A stretch of DNA of 9,788 nt from a virus (Duplodnaviria; Heunggongvirae; Uroviricota; Caudoviricetes): the IMG/VR virus record IMGVR_UViG_2703718846_000007, positions 1 through 9,788 of that record; one strand, 5' to 3'. The position numbers were made by a program, and so were the translations under genes. The notes beneath the pieces are model-generated. The model did no database searches and was not told the DNA's origin. It was given only the letters and a program-made list of their open reading frames with translations. Below are positions 6,017 to 9,788 of the stretch, piece by piece; the stretch's first letter is position 1, and the number at the start of each line of letters is the position of its first letter.

Positions 6017-8482
6017 ATGAGCACTGATAAAGAAGAATTTGCATTATATTGTGAAGCAAAAAATGACAAAGTCAGAAAACGCCTTGGAATTAAAGGTGGT
6101 TTTTACTGGACTACAGCAAAAAAATTATCTGTTGCCATCTCCCGCTGCATTACCGCAATGGATGACAACGATTATGATGAAGACGACTTTAAAAAACCCG
6201 TCCGCGTCCATTTACCCGTTGTGAATGACCTTCCACCTGAAGGCGTGTTTGATACTGAATTCTGTAACCGTTACGAAAAAGGCGGGGAAGATGGCATCAC
6301 AATGGTATTTATCGCGCCCTCACCCTCTGCGCAGGACAAACCAGCCAACACTGACAATACCAACGTCAACGGCGAAGACATGACTGAGATTGAGGAGAAC
6401 ATGCTCCTGCCGGTTTCAGGTCAGATTCTGCCTGTTCGATGGCTGGCACAGCACGGCAGCGAAAAACCGATCACACACGTTTCGCGGGACGAACTGCGCG
6501 CATTACATAACGCACAGGATGAAAAACTTCCCGCCGTTACCGCGCTGGCTATCTCAAATAAAGCAGCGCAACTCGAACCGCTGGAGATTCGCGATCTCCA
6601 CAAACTGGTGCGAGACACTGACAAAGTTTTCCCCGCCCCCGTAAATTCGGACCTGGGACTGATAACTTCTTTTATCGAAGCATACCTGGACGCCGACTAC
6701 ACCGATCGCGGTCTGCTGACAAAAGAGTGGATGAAAGGAAATCGTGTTTCGCGTATCACCCGTACGGCTTCCGGTGCAAATGCCGGTGGCGGGAACAAAA
6801 CCGATCGCAATCCGAATTTAGTACACACCTTCGATACGCTGGATGTGGAGACTGCAGCAGCCACACTTCCGATGGATTTTAATATTTATGAAATTCCGGG
6901 TAGCGTTTATCGTCGCGCAAAAGAAATCGTCCTGAAAAGAGAAAGTCCGTTCAAAGAATGGTCCGCAGCACTTCGCGCAACCCCGGGTATTCTGGATTAT
7001 TCCCGCGCCGCTATTTTTGCACTTATCCGGAGCGCTCACCCTGAGTTTTATCACTACCCGGGACGCCTTCAGGGGTATATCAACGCCCACTTAACGGAGA
7101 CTGATCACGAGAACCCCAGCAAGGAAACTCTCACTGCTGCACGACATACACCGGAAAAAGATATCCTGGAAGAAGTTAACCGCGAACTGGCTGCTGAACG
7201 CGAAACAGAAGAAGAAAAAAATAATGAGGAAAAATCACAACCGTCTGACGCAATGGCAGATGAACAGGCAACGGCCGAAGCAATGGAGCCGGATACAACT
7301 GAACATCACCAGGACACGCAATCGCTGGATACTCAGGAACAGGTAGATCCAGTTAAACAGGTAAAAGTTACCGCTGACGAAGTAAACAAAATTATGCAGG
7401 CAGCCAATATCAACCAGCCTGATGCCGACAAAATACTGGCAGTCCATCGCGGTGAGTTCGTTGACGGAATTAGCGACCCGAATGATCCGAAATGGGTTAA
7501 GGGGATTGAAACCCGCGATTCTGTGAACCAGAACCTGCCCGAATCGGAACAAAACGACCAGAAAGCGGAACAGAACAGCCCAAATACGTTACAAAACGAG
7601 CCAGAAACGAAACAGCCTGAACCAGAAGAGCAACAAGAACCGGAAAAAGTCTGCACCGCCTGCGGTCAGAGCGGTGGCGGCAACTGCCCTGATTGTGGCG
7701 CGGTGATGGGCGACGCAACATACCAGGAAACATTCGATGAAGAGAATCAGGCTGAAACTCAGGAAAATGATCCGGAGGAAATGGAAGGCGCTGAACATCC
7801 GAACAATGAGAATGCTGGTAACGATCAGCATCACACCAGCGATAGTAAAACTGGCGAGGCGGCAGATCCCTTAATTACGGTGAACAGTCATCACATTATC
7901 ACATCCACCAGCAGGGTATGGCACCATCTGATGATCGACCTTGAAACGATGGGAATTAACAGCAATGCGCCCATCGTAGTTATTGCTGCAGTGTTTTTCG
8001 ATCCGCAGACCGGGGAAATCGGACCGATATTTTATGTTGTCATCAGTCTGGTTGACGCAATGGACAAAGGTGCTACTCCCGATGGTGACGTAATCGAATG
8101 GTGGCTGGCGCAGTCCAGCGAGGCCAGATCTGCAATATTGGTAAATCAAATTCCGTTAGATGATGCACTATTGCAATTGCGGGAATTTATCGACGAAAAC
8201 TCCGGTGAATTTTTTGTTCGGGTCTGGGGAAATGGAGCCAGCTTCGACAACGTGATTTTACGCCGTTCATATGAACGGCAGGGTATCCCCTGCCCGTGGC
8301 GTTACTGCAACGATCGCGATGTGCGCACAATCGTTGATCTGGGAAAAGCCATAGACTTCGATGCCAGAACAGCTATTCCGTTCGAAGGCGTACGCCATAA
8401 TGCACTGGATGATGCCCGCCACCAGGCAAAACAAGTTTCAGCTATCTGGCAAAAACTGATCCCGAGTCAGGTTGATTTTTAA
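6017..8482 (+). CDS. Large prophage exonuclease (821 aa): RecE/exodeoxyribonuclease VIII-like N-terminal region, acidic low-complexity linker, CxxC-x9-CxxC zinc ribbon, C-terminal DEDDh-type 3'-5' exonuclease domain
   Basis: ATG 6017 with GAGG 7 nt upstream. C-terminal about 196 aa (nt 7892-8479) carry DEDDh motifs MIDLET, GNGASFD and HNALDD. Zinc ribbon CTACGQSGGGNCPDCG near nt 7651-7700. N-terminal segments (NTNVNGEDMTEIEENMLLP..., DYTDRGLLTKEWMKGNRVS...) resemble enterobacterial exonuclease VIII proteins as I recall them. Confidence 0.85.
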   Translation: MSTDKEEFALYCEAKNDKVRKRLGIKGGFYWTTAKKLSVAISRCITAMDDNDYDEDDFKKPVRVHLPVVNDLPPEGVFDTEFCNRYEKGGEDGITMVFIAPSPSAQDKPANTDNTNVNGEDMTEIEENMLLPVSGQILPVRWLAQHGSEKPITHVSRDELRALHNAQDEKLPAVTALAISNKAAQLEPLEIRDLHKLVRDTDKVFPAPVNSDLGLITSFIEAYLDADYTDRGLLTKEWMKGNRVSRITRTASGANAGGGNKTDRNPNLVHTFDTLDVETAAATLPMDFNIYEIPGSVYRRAKEIVLKRESPFKEWSAALRATPGILDYSRAAIFALIRSAHPEFYHYPGRLQGYINAHLTETDHENPSKETLTAARHTPEKDILEEVNRELAAERETEEEKNNEEKSQPSDAMADEQATAEAMEPDTTEHHQDTQSLDTQEQVDPVKQVKVTADEVNKIMQAANINQPDADKILAVHRGEFVDGISDPNDPKWVKGIETRDSVNQNLPESEQNDQKAEQNSPNTLQNEPETKQPEPEEQQEPEKVCTACGQSGGGNCPDCGAVMGDATYQETFDEENQAETQENDPEEMEGAEHPNNENAGNDQHHTSDSKTGEAADPLITVNSHHIITSTSRVWHHLMIDLETMGINSNAPIVVIAAVFFDPQTGEIGPIFYVVISLVDAMDKGATPDGDVIEWWLAQSSEARSAILVNQIPLDDALLQLREFIDENSGEFFVRVWGNGASFDNVILRRSYERQGIPCPWRYCNDRDVRTIVDLGKAIDFDARTAIPFEGVRHNALDDARHQAKQVSAIWQKLIPSQVDF

Positions 8483-8548
8483 TGTTCAACCCTGATCGCC
8501 GTCTCCGAATTATATTGGCGGCGGTCATGCTGTAAGGCACGTGACCAC

Positions 8549-8800
8549 ATGTACGAATTAACTCTATCGCCAGCAGAGATTCAAGAGATCACGAGATACG
8601 AGCGATACACAAGACAGCAACACCAGTTAAGGCTGCACGGAATTCCATTTGTAACCGGACCTAAAAATGAACCAATAGTTCTTCGCAAGGACGTTCCGCT
8701 AGGGCTGACATCGATACCGGATGCATCTGAACTGGTTTCTGCCGAACCTGATTTTGAGGCACTAAATAATGGGAAGACCAAGAATAAACAAAAAAGATAA
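8549..8800 (+). CDS. Putative excisionase / recombination directionality factor
   Basis: 83-aa ORF immediately upstream of int, overlapping it by 32 nt, as lambda xis overlaps int. No sequence similarity to lambda Xis recognised, so the call is positional. Confidence 0.45.
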   Translation: MYELTLSPAEIQEITRYERYTRQQHQLRLHGIPFVTGPKNEPIVLRKDVPLGLTSIPDASELVSAEPDFEALNNGKTKNKQKR

Positions 8801-9788
8801 TGTACTGCCACCACGGGTTAGATCGAATGGTTACAGTTACGTATGGAAACCCAAAGGAAGCACGAGAACGATAAGGCTCGGAAGGGTGCGGGAAACCAGC
8901 GTGGCTAAAGTCTGGCAAAATTATGAACTGGAAAAGGCAAAACTCCACGACATAATGACCGTCGCTAAATTATGGCACATGTTTATGGACTCCCCTGCAT
9001 TTACAGAATTGGCACCCCGAACTCAAAAAGATTATCGACAACATCAAAGGGCGTTGCTGGCGGTATTCGGAAAAGTGCTTGCTGATAATGTAAAAATTGA
9101 GCAGGTAAGAATTTTCATGGATAAACGGGGGCTTGAGAGCAAGACCCAGGCAAATCATGAACTGGCAAGTCTGAGTCGCGTATATGGATGGGGGTATGAG
9201 CGTGGGTATGTGAAAAATAATCCATGCAAAGGAGTCAGAAAATTCACGCTTAAAGCCCGTACTGTTTACATCACCGATGAACAGTATGCTGCGATATATG
9301 CGGAAGCAATTCCACAGTTACGTATTGCAATGGAGATATCCTATCTTTGTGCGGCAAGGCTCGGTGATGTACTCGAGCTGAAATGGCAGGATATTATGGA
9401 TAAAGGGATTTACATTGAGCAAAACAAGACCGGCACTAAACAAATCAAGGAATGGTCTCCGCGATTACGCACAGTGATCCAATTAGCCCGAAATGTATCT
9501 TCCGGCACATGCGAGTATGTGATCAACACAACCAAAGGCGGGAAGGTCATAGCTAAAACGCTGAACAACTGGTGGAATCAGGCTAAACGTGCAGCCGAGC
9601 AAAAAGCCGACGTTCCGTTTGGGTGCAACTTCCATGACATAAAAGCCAAAGGGATTTCAGATTACGAAGGCAGCAGCCGCGACAAACAAATTTTCAGTGG
9701 GCACAAAACAGAAAATCAGGTGTTGATTTATGATCGCAAAACAAAAATCACGCCAACACTGGATCTACCTCTTGTGGTCAGTAAGTAA
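8769..9788 (+). CDS. int: Tyrosine recombinase, lambda-family phage integrase
   Basis: 339-aa ORF with GAGG 9 nt upstream and TAA stop at 9786-9788. The catalytic region aligns to lambda Int: RLGDVLELKW (Arg-I), YIEQNKTGTK (Lys), FHDIK (His), GHK (His) and LIYDRK (Tyr). The N-terminus is basic like the arm-binding domain. Confidence 0.9.
   Translation: MGRPRINKKDNVLPPRVRSNGYSYVWKPKGSTRTIRLGRVRETSVAKVWQNYELEKAKLHDIMTVAKLWHMFMDSPAFTELAPRTQKDYRQHQRALLAVFGKVLADNVKIEQVRIFMDKRGLESKTQANHELASLSRVYGWGYERGYVKNNPCKGVRKFTLKARTVYITDEQYAAIYAEAIPQLRIAMEISYLCAARLGDVLELKWQDIMDKGIYIEQNKTGTKQIKEWSPRLRTVIQLARNVSSGTCEYVINTTKGGKVIAKTLNNWWNQAKRAAEQKADVPFGCNFHDIKAKGISDYEGSSRDKQIFSGHKTENQVLIYDRKTKITPTLDLPLVVSK

Larger units (their letters stand above)
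1..9788. mobile_element. Lambdoid (Rac-like) prophage, partial: replication, immunity, early-left and integration modules; extends beyond both window edges
   Basis: Gene order O-like initiator, CII-like, Cro-like on the minus strand, then CI-like repressor, pL-like promoter, early genes, exonuclease, xis, int on the plus strand. This matches lambda/Rac early-region architecture. Confidence 0.85.

Noticed and set aside
6039-8149. Multiple ORF-track frames inside the exonuclease gene on both strands (6039..6224 +, 6390..6644 +, 6421..6624 -, 6818..7090 -, 7235..7834 -, 7871..8149 -)
   Set aside because: All are nested within or antisense to the 821-aa ORF, which has a continuous frame, a ribosome-binding site and recognisable catalytic motifs.
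8493-8527. Imperfect hairpin (TGATCGCCG-N17-CGGCGGTCA) between the exonuclease stop and the putative xis
   Set aside because: One mismatch in the stem and no following T-run, so it is not a convincing terminator; probably incidental.
1-9788. CRISPR arrays, tRNA or rRNA genes, insertion sequences with terminal inverted repeats
   Set aside because: I looked for spaced identical repeats, tRNA-like T-arm motifs and transposase-like ORFs and saw none. The only repeats found are the short iteron-like and operator-like motifs reported above.

Overview
This window reads as the early region of a lambdoid (Rac-like) prophage from an enterobacterial host, running from the replication module to the integrase. 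On the minus strand sit a Cro-like regulator, a YdaT-family (CII-like) protein, an unknown gene and a replication-initiator gene that carries candidate origin iterons. On the plus strand sit a CI-like autocleavable repressor, a pL-like promoter and an early-left operon ending in a large exonuclease, a putative excisionase and a tyrosine integrase whose stop codon is the last base of the window. The most unusual features are an AT-rich antisense gene (coiled-coil plus zinc-ribbon protein) with its own operator-bearing promoter, an rrn-type boxA element, and an 821-aa exonuclease with no adjacent annealase. All calls are from reading the sequence and ORF track by eye; no database search was run, so family names are recollection-based and gene symbols are left blank where I do not truly recognise the protein. 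No tRNA, rRNA or CRISPR array was seen.
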